Assembly: GCA_021804095.1 (NCBI GenBank)
Contig: JAJZKQ010000001.1
Location: 17,993-81,992 of the forward strand
Direction: 5' to 3'
Length of the DNA stretch: 64,000 nt
Origin: Candidatus Micrarchaeota archaeon
GTDB taxonomy: Archaea > Micrarchaeota > Micrarchaeia > Micrarchaeales > CABMGC01
The position numbers were made by a program, and so were the translations under genes. Below the pieces are notes generated by a model that worked only from the letters and a program-made list of their open reading frames with translations, ran no database searches and was not told where the DNA came from. Below, piece after piece: positions 35,822 through 43,615 of the stretch (position 1 is the stretch's first letter; each line of letters opens with the position of its first letter).

Positions 35822-35913
35822 GGGGTCGTCTGCTAGTCTGGTCAGGCTCTGTGCTTAGGGAGCACATGACCCGAGTTCAAATGGCATGATGCCTGAAAGT
35901 CTCGGCGACCCCG
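35822..35913 (+). tRNA. tRNA with 18-nt insertion in the T-loop; anticodon loop UUAGGGA (formal anticodon AGG, Pro family; isotype provisional)
   Basis: Acceptor GGGGUCG/CGACCCC, anticodon arm UGUGC-UUAGGGA-GCACA. The T stem CCGAG (35871-75) + UUCAAAU is followed by GGCATGATGCCTGAAAGT (35883-35900) before the pairing strand CUCGG (35901-05). D stem is only 3 bp (U10-U25 mismatch). Confidence 0.65.
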
Positions 35914-35930
35914 AATTAAGGAATGGTTTT

Positions 35931-36557
35931 ATGGCAACACAAGAGGAACAGAATTCGTTAATAGATCAATCAACATATCTGGATGTAGGAATACATATAG
36001 GCACAAAGGTAAAGACTCCGGGAATGAAGAGATTCATATATAAAGTAAGGGAAGACAGCCTCTACCTTCTTGATCTTAATACCATAGACAATAGGATAAG
36101 GATAGCCGCAAAGATGCTTGCAAGATATGAGCCAAAGGACATAGTAGTAACAGCATCGAGGATATATTCGGTTTCTGCAGCTACAAAATTTGCAGAGATA
36201 GTAGGTGCAAAGCTTATGACAGGCAGAGTAATGCCTGGCGTATTCACAAACCCTAACAGGAGCGACTTTTCCGAGCCTGAGATACTTTTGATAAGCGATA
36301 ATAGAAACGAGAGGCAGGCAGTTAAAGAAGCAAACAAGACAAATATACCGATCATAGCTTTGTGCGACACAGATAACTGGATGAAGTTTGTAGACCTCGT
36401 TATACCTTGCAACAACAAGGGAAGAAGGTCTCTTGCGCTTATCTACTATCTTCTTTCAAGGGAATTCATGAAGGAGAAAGGATTAATAAAGACCAATGAA
36501 GAATTCCAATATAAGATCTCGGATTTCGAAGCGAAAGTAGAGATGAAGGCAAAATAG
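35931..36557 (+). CDS. rps2: Ribosomal protein S2
   Basis: I moved the start to ATG 35931 (MATQEEQNSL...), because the track start at 35886 lies inside the tRNA. Contains YLDVGIHIGTK...PIIALCDTD. Confidence 0.9.
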   Translation: MATQEEQNSLIDQSTYLDVGIHIGTKVKTPGMKRFIYKVREDSLYLLDLNTIDNRIRIAAKMLARYEPKDIVVTASRIYSVSAATKFAEIVGAKLMTGRVMPGVFTNPNRSDFSEPEILLISDNRNERQAVKEANKTNIPIIALCDTDNWMKFVDLVIPCNNKGRRSLALIYYLLSREFMKEKGLIKTNEEFQYKISDFEAKVEMKAK

Positions 36558-36558
36558 A

Positions 36559-37104
36559 ATGTCGTTGATTGGAGGCACTAACAGGAAGCGTCTGCAGGTT
36601 GCAGTCGACTTTATGTCTTCTTATGGAGTTGCAATATTAATAATGGCAGTAGCGATAGGCATAGCCTACATACTAAGCTCTGGAGTGACGAATGCCTTTG
36701 CGCCTGAATGTATTCCTTCGCCTGGATTCTCATGTGGATACTTCAGCATGGCAGATAATGGCTCCCTGATAATACAGGTATCGCAAGCCACAGGATCTGC
36801 AATAACAGTCAACGGAATTGCATGTTCCACTCTTTCTGGGCTTAATGGCCTTCCTAAATATGGAAACCTGTATGTGAATTCAAATTCAATGTATTATCCT
36901 GAGGGATTCACACCTCCTGCAAATATACCAAGCGGAGGGAGCTTTACTTTCTTCCTGTACTGCTACGGGCCCAAAGGACTATCGAGATTTTCAAAAGCAG
37001 GAAGCACATTTGTAGGGTATATCTGGATGAATTATACACTATACAATACAAAAATAAATACAACACAGCAGATTGCCAGCATACAATTGCAGACAACAGG
37101 TTGA
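36559..37104 (+). CDS. Type IV pilin-like protein (class III signal peptide)
   Basis: 181 aa. N-terminus NRKRLQVAVDFMSSYGVAILIMAVAIGIAYIL is a charged stretch, Gln, an acidic residue at +5 and a hydrophobic helix. It parallels the RLQSAMEYLMTYGWAIFIIAVV N-terminus of ORF 40002..40964. Confidence 0.55.
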   Translation: MSLIGGTNRKRLQVAVDFMSSYGVAILIMAVAIGIAYILSSGVTNAFAPECIPSPGFSCGYFSMADNGSLIIQVSQATGSAITVNGIACSTLSGLNGLPKYGNLYVNSNSMYYPEGFTPPANIPSGGSFTFFLYCYGPKGLSRFSKAGSTFVGYIWMNYTLYNTKINTTQQIASIQLQTTG

Positions 37105-37188
37105 AAATTGTATAATCTCAGAGAGGAAAGTTTACCCCTCAGTATATAAATTTTTCCTCTGTTAATATAGCGACAGAATGGTGTATTT

Positions 37189-37422
37189 ATGGCTACGAAT
37201 CATGACAGACCTTTCGATCTTCTTAACAAATCGATAGGGCAGCAGGTACTTATAAGATTAAAGAACGGAACAGACTTGAGGGGGAAGGTCCAGTCTTTTG
37301 ATGTTCATATGAACATTGTTCTTGAGAATTGCGAAGAGCTTGATGAAAGCGGAAGTGCAAGGGCAAAACTCGGAGTCATACTTCTCAGAGGAGGAAACAT
37401 ACTATTCCTATCGCCGGCATGA
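37189..37422 (+). CDS. Sm-like archaeal protein (SmAP/LSm)
   Basis: 77 aa. Sm1/Sm2 motifs VLIRLKNGTDLRGKVQSFDVHMNIVLENCEE...ILLRGGNILFLSP. Confidence 0.9.
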   Translation: MATNHDRPFDLLNKSIGQQVLIRLKNGTDLRGKVQSFDVHMNIVLENCEELDESGSARAKLGVILLRGGNILFLSPA

Positions 37423-37462
37423 AAAGGTATTTCTGTCTTTGCGGTTAATACTACTTACAGAT

Positions 37463-37567
37463 GGGCTTGTAGCGCAACGGCAGCGCGCCTGCATGGCATG
37501 CAGGAGGTTGCGGGTTCAAAAAAAACCTTCCCGTATTGAGAGGTTTATGGAATTCCCGCCAAGTCCA
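37463..37567 (+). tRNA. tRNA-Ala (anticodon GGC) with 33-nt insertion in the T-loop
   Basis: Acceptor GGGCUUG/CAAGUCC with the G3:U70 Ala identity pair. D arm GCGC-AACGGCA-GCGC, anticodon arm CCUGC-AUGGCAU-GCAGG. T stem GCGGG (37510-14) + UUCAAA, then about 33 nt (37521-37553) before U-CCCGC (37554-59). Confidence 0.75.
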
Positions 37568-37568
37568 T

Positions 37569-38066
37569 CTATTTATCTGTTCTTTTCCGCGTATAGATTA
37601 TTCTTGTAAATTTTTTATGTATTTCAGGCTTTTCCGCAATCCAATCTTTTTTATTGAAATCGGGGAAGAATGTATCACCCATGTATCTGCCTTTTACATA
37701 TGATAGATACATTTTGTCTGCAATGCCGATGGCCTGGGAGAAGATCTCTCCGCCGCCTATTACGAATATCTCTTTATCTTTGGACTTCTCAGCCGCTTTT
37801 ATGGCCATATCTAGACTTTTGTATATTTCTATGCCTGGCCTTTTTTTGAGGCTTCGGCTTATTACAATATTTCTGCGATTTTTCAAGATCCCGGTATCAA
37901 GAAAGGTCCTCTTTCCCATTATTATTGTGTGTCCTAATGTGAGTTTCTTGAATAGCGCTGTTTCTTCTGGAATATTCCATGGTAACTTACCGTCTTTCCC
38001 TATTACCAGGTCTTTTGAGACTGCGGCAACCAGTGATATCATCAGATCATCGAGGAGCCTAGCCAT
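37569..38066 (-). CDS. folA: Dihydrofolate reductase
   Basis: 165 aa. ISLVAAVSKDLVIGKDGKLPWNIPEETALFKKLTLGHTIIMGKRTF...FVIGGGEIF. Confidence 0.85.
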   Translation of the reverse strand: MARLLDDLMISLVAAVSKDLVIGKDGKLPWNIPEETALFKKLTLGHTIIMGKRTFLDTGILKNRRNIVISRSLKKRPGIEIYKSLDMAIKAAEKSKDKEIFVIGGGEIFSQAIGIADKMYLSYVKGRYMGDTFFPDFNKKDWIAEKPEIHKKFTRIIYTRKRTDK

Positions 38067-38362
38067 GCCAGATATTCGGTGCTTGCCATTCCTATATTAA
38101 AAGAAATTATCTCGGGAAGCTCATACTTGTGTGTTTTCTTTAGCTCCTCTTCAATTTTTTTGTATTTGGAATTTTTTGTCTTTATGATACATATCCATTC
38201 TCTTGAGATGTGTGGTTTCCCTTTCCATGTATAATAGCTTTTTACAGGTCCCGTTACCTTTGTACATCCCGCAAGACGTTTTTCCATAATAAGCTTGGCC
38301 ATTCTTTCCGCTTCTTTTTTGCTGTCAACAGAAGTCATTATAATGATAAAGCCTTTTCCCAT
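38042..38362 (-). CDS. cutA: CutA1 divalent-cation tolerance protein
   Basis: 106 aa. VKSYYTWKGKPHISREWICIIKT...YELPEII is a CutA pattern. Overlaps folA by 25 nt. Confidence 0.8.
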   Translation of the reverse strand: MGKGFIIIMTSVDSKKEAERMAKLIMEKRLAGCTKVTGPVKSYYTWKGKPHISREWICIIKTKNSKYKKIEEELKKTHKYELPEIISFNIGMASTEYLAWLGSSMI

Positions 38363-38409
38363 GGTATCTAGTTATTTATTGCTTTAATTCCTATATTTGT
38401 TGCGGTAAG

Positions 38410-39384
38410 ATGATAGTTTTAGGGATGGAGAGCAGCGCACATACCTTCGGCGTTGGCATAGTAGATAACGGAAAGGTGCTTGCGAATGAAAAAGCCATGT
38501 ACAGGATAGGCACTGCAGGAATGATACCGGGAGAGGTGGCTAGATTCCATGCTGAAAATGCCGCAGAGGTATTAGGCATGGCTCTGGAGAAGGCAGGAAT
38601 AAGCAATAATGAAATAGAAGGGATAGGATATACAATGGGGCCTGGGCTTGGACCATGTCTTGAGGTTGCACAGCTATCCGCAAAGACAGTAGCTAAGAAG
38701 CTGGGGGTGCCTATAGTTCCTGTAAACCATTGCGCTGCACATGCGGAGATAGCCAGGCATTTCGGAAGGCTTGCCGATCCGATAATGCTATATGTAAGCG
38801 GAGGGAACTCGCAGATACTTGTTCTTGAGGAGAGGCCGTATTTGCATTATGTTGTGCTAGGCGAGACTTTCGATATAGGAGTAGGAAACATGCTTGACTC
38901 TTTTGCCAGGAAGCTCAAGCTTGAGCCGGCTTGGGGGTCAAGCATAGAAAAACATTCGCAGGGAGGTAGATATATTGAACTTCCATATACGGTAAAGGGA
39001 ATGGATTTTTCGTTTACAGGCCTGGCAACAAGAGCCACTGAGCTCATTGGAGAGGAAAGGCTTTCAGACCTCTGTTTTTCAATACAGGAAACTGCTTTTT
39101 CGGCATTATGTGAGGCTACTGAGAGGGCGATGCTTCTTAAGAATAAGAGAGAGATAGGAATTTGCGGAGGCGTTGCCCAGAATAGAAAATTAAGGGAGAT
39201 GCTCGAGGAAGTGGGAAGAGAACATGATGCAAAATTTGGATTTGCTCCTGACGAATTCAATGCGGATAATGGAGGGATGGTAGCATATCTTGCAGAGCGT
39301 ATGATAGGATCTGGGATAAAAAGCAGGCTTGAGGATTGCGGGATCAGGCAGAAATACAGGGTTGATACAGCAAGATTGGGATGA
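38410..39384 (+). CDS. kae1: tRNA N6-adenosine threonylcarbamoyltransferase Kae1
   Basis: 324 aa. LGMESSAHTFGVGIV, the metal-binding VNHCAAHAE, and ICGGVAQN. Confidence 0.9.
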   Translation: MIVLGMESSAHTFGVGIVDNGKVLANEKAMYRIGTAGMIPGEVARFHAENAAEVLGMALEKAGISNNEIEGIGYTMGPGLGPCLEVAQLSAKTVAKKLGVPIVPVNHCAAHAEIARHFGRLADPIMLYVSGGNSQILVLEERPYLHYVVLGETFDIGVGNMLDSFARKLKLEPAWGSSIEKHSQGGRYIELPYTVKGMDFSFTGLATRATELIGEERLSDLCFSIQETAFSALCEATERAMLLKNKREIGICGGVAQNRKLREMLEEVGREHDAKFGFAPDEFNADNGGMVAYLAERMIGSGIKSRLEDCGIRQKYRVDTARLG

Positions 39385-39387
39385 TGT

Positions 39388-39987
39388 ATGGACAATTCGA
39401 AAGTCATAGGGGTTGGCGCGGAAGCGAGGCTTTCCCTAATAAATTTGTTTGGAAGTGATATAGTAGTCAAAGAAAGGCTGCCTAAAAAATACAGAGCTAA
39501 AGAATTGGATCTCAGAATTCGGAAGGAGCGTACAAAGAATGAGGCAAGAATAATGTTCAGGATTTCGAGAGCAGGGATAAGATGCCCAAGAATAGTGGCG
39601 CTTGGGCGCTTTTCTATATATATGGAAAGATTGGAAGGGGTACTTTTGAAAGACAAAAAAATAAGCAACAAGGAAATTGCCGAATCTGGGCGCATACTTG
39701 GAAGCATGCATTCTTTAGATATAGTACATGGGGATTTTACTCCTGCGAATCTTATATCAGATAATTCAGGGAAGATCTATGTAATAGATTTTGGACTGGC
39801 TGAAATGACAAGGAGCGAGGAGGAGAAGGCAGTAGATCTTCTTCTTATGAAGAGATATCTGAAGAGGAATCTTTACCGTTTGTTTGAAGATTCTTATTCT
39901 AAAACCTACAATGATTCGGAGAAGATTCTCAGGAGGCTTGTCGAAGTAGAGAAAAGAGGAAGATACCAGACAAGGACTCTGGCATAG
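39388..39987 (+). CDS. bud32: Bud32/PRPK atypical kinase (KEOPS subunit)
   Basis: 199 aa. GAEARL, HGDFTPANLI, and IDFGLA. Directly follows kae1 as a separate gene. Confidence 0.8.
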   Translation: MDNSKVIGVGAEARLSLINLFGSDIVVKERLPKKYRAKELDLRIRKERTKNEARIMFRISRAGIRCPRIVALGRFSIYMERLEGVLLKDKKISNKEIAESGRILGSMHSLDIVHGDFTPANLISDNSGKIYVIDFGLAEMTRSEEEKAVDLLLMKRYLKRNLYRLFEDSYSKTYNDSEKILRRLVEVEKRGRYQTRTLA

Positions 39988-40001
39988 ATTGTTCTCTTAA
40001 T

Positions 40002-40964
40002 TTAGGTTGTGAAGTTTTGAGGCTGGGTGTATCCTGAAGACCAGGAGGTTGTATACTCTACATTTATGGCATTGCCATTATTATTTACTCCGCTGTAGTC
40101 GTTGGCGTTGCCGTTGAGCGGCCACCACCCGGCAAGGTTTTGAAGCGCTATTGGAGCTCCGCCTATTCCTTCATCGTAAAGCTGCATTATGTCTGACTGG
40201 GAAAGCGAGACGTTGTATAGCTGTAGGTTTGCAATCGAGCCGTTATATTGGTTGGTAAGTATTGGGCTGTTTGGAACGTTATAGCTTCCAATAAAGAGTC
40301 CATTGTCTGGGATATTGTTGCTCGTAATATAATTAGTTGTTGCGATTGGAACCCCATTTAAGTATAAGGTAAGGGTATTGCCGTCGTATGTTGTGGCTAC
40401 ATAATACCATTTGTTATTAAAAGTGGAAGAAGGGTAGACGGAAGAGTATGCAGAAGTTCCGGTGTAAGAAGTTCCTACTGTAGAAAATAATTGTGAAGCA
40501 ATAAGGCCATTTGGTTGTATAGCGACATTTATTGACATTCCCTCGTCTCCTTTAGAATAAGAAAATATTCTCGCAATGCAGAAAGGCGCATATATCATTA
40601 TGCAATTATCAGGTTTTATCCACATTGAGTAAGTTACCGGTTCCCAGTTTATATTGCTATAACGATATATTTTGATGATGCTGTTTTGTCCATTGAAATT
40701 TGCAACGTATTGGGGCTCTTCGTTGTTGCATTGGCCTTCAAGGTTTCTGTTTGTCCTGGATAATCCGAGATTGCTGTTTTGGTAAGACAGTTGTACAAAA
40801 CAATTTCCCGGAGATGCCTTGGGAGAGATCAGATTGGAGGCGTTTCCAGAGAAGAAGAGGTATGCCAGGCTTCCCATTACAACGGCTATTATGAATATTG
40901 CCCACCCGTAGGTCATGAGATATTCCATTGCCGATTGTAGACGCATGTTTCGCATGCTATTCAT
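40002..40964 (-). CDS. Type IV pilin-like protein with LamG/concanavalin-like domain
   Basis: 320 aa. Class III signal-peptide-like N-terminus MRNMRLQSAMEYLMTYGWAIFIIAVVMGSLAYLFF. LamG-like segment WYYVATTYDGNTLTLYLNGVPIA...GSIANLQLYNVSLSQSDIMQLY. Confidence 0.65.
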   Translation of the reverse strand: MNSMRNMRLQSAMEYLMTYGWAIFIIAVVMGSLAYLFFSGNASNLISPKASPGNCFVQLSYQNSNLGLSRTNRNLEGQCNNEEPQYVANFNGQNSIIKIYRYSNINWEPVTYSMWIKPDNCIMIYAPFCIARIFSYSKGDEGMSINVAIQPNGLIASQLFSTVGTSYTGTSAYSSVYPSSTFNNKWYYVATTYDGNTLTLYLNGVPIATTNYITSNNIPDNGLFIGSYNVPNSPILTNQYNGSIANLQLYNVSLSQSDIMQLYDEGIGGAPIALQNLAGWWPLNGNANDYSGVNNNGNAINVEYTTSWSSGYTQPQNFTT

Positions 40965-41009
40965 TATGTAAAAAAATTTAATAAGGTGTTGATTGTTGAG
41001 CTTTGAGGA

Positions 41010-42263
41010 TTAGCCGGCCTCGTTTTCCTCCTTTGTTGCTTCAACAGTGTGCTGTTCATCTTCCTTGAATATGGTCTTCTCTATGAGCTCCTTTATTTTC
41101 TGGGGAGGATATGCGAGTTTTATAAGTTTTGTATGCCCTCTTATTCCTTTTCCTGATTCGTAGGAGATTATTATGCCTTGCATGTTTAGATCTGCTATGT
41201 ATCTCCTGTAGAGCCTTGTGCTTTTTGCTTCTTTGTTTAACGAGCTTGCAATGGAATGATATCTGTTGTATATCTCCCCGCTAAGAACAAAAGAATCGTC
41301 GCCTTCATTAAGTTTTTTGTACCTGCTCCCGTTTATTGTCATTAAGGCTATGGCGTATACTATAAGCCGCTGATGCTCAGGCAGCGTGTTTATTATCTCG
41401 TAGGCAATCTCCTCCTCTGCCGATTTTGCAGCCTCGGATATTTCTTTTGTAGTTACATTCTGGAGGTTTCTTTCCTCCGAGAGCTCGCCTGCTTTCGTTA
41501 TTATCTTAAGTGCAAGGCGTGCGTCTCCGCTCTCTTTAGCTGAAATTGCAGCAGTTAAACTTACGCATGCAGGGTCTACAACTCCTGCTTTGAAGCCTTT
41601 TTCTACCCTGTCTTTTATTATTGCTGAAAGTTCCTGCGAATTGTATGGAGGGAATGCAAGTTCCTTTTCATAAAGGGTAGAGAGGCTTCTTGGATCTAGA
41701 TCTTCCTTGAATGAAACCCTGTTGGATATGCCTACCATTGTTATCCCTCCGGACTTCATATCGCTGTTTGCCCTGGATAGCGTGTATATGAGATCGTCCA
41801 GATCTTTTATCATATCTATTTCATCTAGAATTACTATTAGCATGCGGTTGTCTTCCTCTACCCAGTTTATTACCTTTTCATATATGTCTATGACTCCATA
41901 GCCTCGTTTTGCATACATTGGGATATGATCAGTAGCTATCTTGCTGAGCACCCTGTATCTTGAGTTGTATACCCTGCAGTTTATGTAGGATATCTCGGCT
42001 TTTATCATAGGAAGCTTTCTTATCTGTTCTATTATGTATTTCATGCATGAGGTCTTTCCCGTACCTGTTTTTCCGTAAATGAAGACATTTCTTCCCCTTT
42101 CGCCGCGCAGTGATGGCGTTATGGCGTTCTCTATTTCGGATATCTGTTTGTCTCTGAAGAGTAGATTATGAGGTATATAATGAGGGGAGAGAACCTCTCG
42201 GTTGGCAAATATAATTGATTCCTTGAATAAAGACTCGAATCCTTTTCCCAAGCTATCTACCAA
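41010..42263 (-). CDS. cdc6: Orc1/Cdc6 replication initiator
   Basis: 417 aa. Walker A GKTGTGKTS, Walker B VILDEID, sensor region, and a C-terminal winged helix. Confidence 0.9.
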   Translation of the reverse strand: MVDSLGKGFESLFKESIIFANREVLSPHYIPHNLLFRDKQISEIENAITPSLRGERGRNVFIYGKTGTGKTSCMKYIIEQIRKLPMIKAEISYINCRVYNSRYRVLSKIATDHIPMYAKRGYGVIDIYEKVINWVEEDNRMLIVILDEIDMIKDLDDLIYTLSRANSDMKSGGITMVGISNRVSFKEDLDPRSLSTLYEKELAFPPYNSQELSAIIKDRVEKGFKAGVVDPACVSLTAAISAKESGDARLALKIITKAGELSEERNLQNVTTKEISEAAKSAEEEIAYEIINTLPEHQRLIVYAIALMTINGSRYKKLNEGDDSFVLSGEIYNRYHSIASSLNKEAKSTRLYRRYIADLNMQGIIISYESGKGIRGHTKLIKLAYPPQKIKELIEKTIFKEDEQHTVEATKEENEAG

Positions 42264-43050
42264 CTATCTTTTTTGCTATTTCGGAATATTCGTTTTTTAT
42301 TTCTTTGTCTTCCTGTGCTGGAATCTTGCCCGAGTCGCTTAGCCTGCCGAATTTTGGATCTGAGCTTATGCTACCTAGGAAATCACATTGGAGTTTTTCG
42401 GCAACCTCCCTGCCTCCTGTGCCGCTCCCGTCAGACATGTTTTCAATAACCCCCAATATTGATACGTTCAGCCTTCTTGCCATGCCTCCGGATCTTATCG
42501 TGTTTACTGCAGATATGTGCTGTGGCGTTGTAACAAGGATGAAGCCGTCTAAGTCGAGAAGCTGGATTAGGGAGAGAGGAGCATCTGATGTGCCTGGAGG
42601 AAGATCTATTATAAGATAATCGAGGGTTCCCCATTCTGTATTTTCGAAGAATTCTGATATCATCTTGCCTATCATTGGGCCTCTCCATATTATTGGCGCT
42701 TTCAAGTCATCAACAAGCATAGCTGTTGATAGGATTTTTATTCCGTCTTTTTCAACAGGCATAAGCGGATACTCACCTGACAAGGTATCATTTATACCCA
42801 AGAATAGTGTGAGATTTGGGCAGTCCACATCCGCATCGAGAAGACCTACTTTGTAACCCATCTCTTTTAGCAAATATGCCAGATTGACTGAAGTTGTGGT
42901 CTTTCCAACGCCTCCTTTAGCGCTGTATATGCCTATTTTGTGCTTTATTCCTGATAGCTTTTCCCTGAGCCTCTTCTTCTGTTCTATCACTTTTAGGATT
43001 GACGGATGAGGCTTTGGAAGGCTATCTGGGTTTCTTTTTTCATCTTCCAA
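42253..43050 (-). CDS. Mrp/NBP35/ApbC-family Fe-S cluster carrier ATPase
   Basis: 265 aa with the deviant Walker A YSAKGGVGKTT. Overlaps the cdc6 start by 11 nt. Confidence 0.85.
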   Translation of the reverse strand: MEDEKRNPDSLPKPHPSILKVIEQKKRLREKLSGIKHKIGIYSAKGGVGKTTTSVNLAYLLKEMGYKVGLLDADVDCPNLTLFLGINDTLSGEYPLMPVEKDGIKILSTAMLVDDLKAPIIWRGPMIGKMISEFFENTEWGTLDYLIIDLPPGTSDAPLSLIQLLDLDGFILVTTPQHISAVNTIRSGGMARRLNVSILGVIENMSDGSGTGGREVAEKLQCDFLGSISSDPKFGRLSDSGKIPAQEDKEIKNEYSEIAKKIVGR

Positions 43051-43155
43051 TAAACCACGAATATATTTGCCATAAAAAGCATATAGTTATTTGTATTTCC
43101 ATAATTTCAGTTGGTAGTAATCGGTTTCTTAAATATTTACAGCCAATTCTAGGAT

Positions 43156-43611
43156 GTGGAAACCAAAATAATATACATAGGGAGTGATCATGCCGGCCTT
43201 AATCTGAAAAAAGCAGTTTCGTTGTTTCTTGAAAAGGAAGGTTATGAGATAAGGGATCTTGGGCCTTCTGTGCTTAACGCAGAAGACGATTATCCGGACT
43301 ACGCAAAAGAGGTCTGTAGGGAGGTAGTATCCAGGAAAGGCAGGGGCATACTTATATGTGGTTCTGGACAGGGAATGGACAGGGCCGCAAATAAAATTCC
43401 GGGAATACGGGCTTCGGTCTGCTGGGATGAGAAGTCGGCGATTTCTGCGAAGAAAGATGGTAATATCAATGTACTATGCCTTGGAGAGAGAATGGTCAGC
43501 CCTGCTGCTGCCAGGAAGATAGTTAAAATATGGCTGGAAGTGCCATTTGAAGGAGAAGAAAGGCACCTTAGGAGAATTATGAAAAGTGAAAGGATAAATA
43601 AAAATAGATGA
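43156..43611 (+). CDS. rpiB: Ribose-5-phosphate isomerase B (RpiB/LacAB family)
   Basis: 151 aa with a GTG start. IYIGSDHAGLNLKK...ILICGSGQGM. Confidence 0.8.
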   Translation: METKIIYIGSDHAGLNLKKAVSLFLEKEGYEIRDLGPSVLNAEDDYPDYAKEVCREVVSRKGRGILICGSGQGMDRAANKIPGIRASVCWDEKSAISAKKDGNINVLCLGERMVSPAAARKIVKIWLEVPFEGEERHLRRIMKSERINKNR

Positions 43612-43615
43612 GATT

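Noticed and set aside
35886-35930. Upstream start for ribosomal protein S2 (MMPESLGDPELRNGF...)
   Set aside because: These codons lie inside the intron-containing tRNA (35822..35913). The conserved S2 sequence begins at ATG 35931.
38410-39987. Kae1 and Bud32 as a possible split of a fusion gene
   Set aside because: Adjacent but separate kae1 and bud32 genes are a normal archaeal arrangement. Both ORFs are complete, with their own start and stop (3-nt gap).
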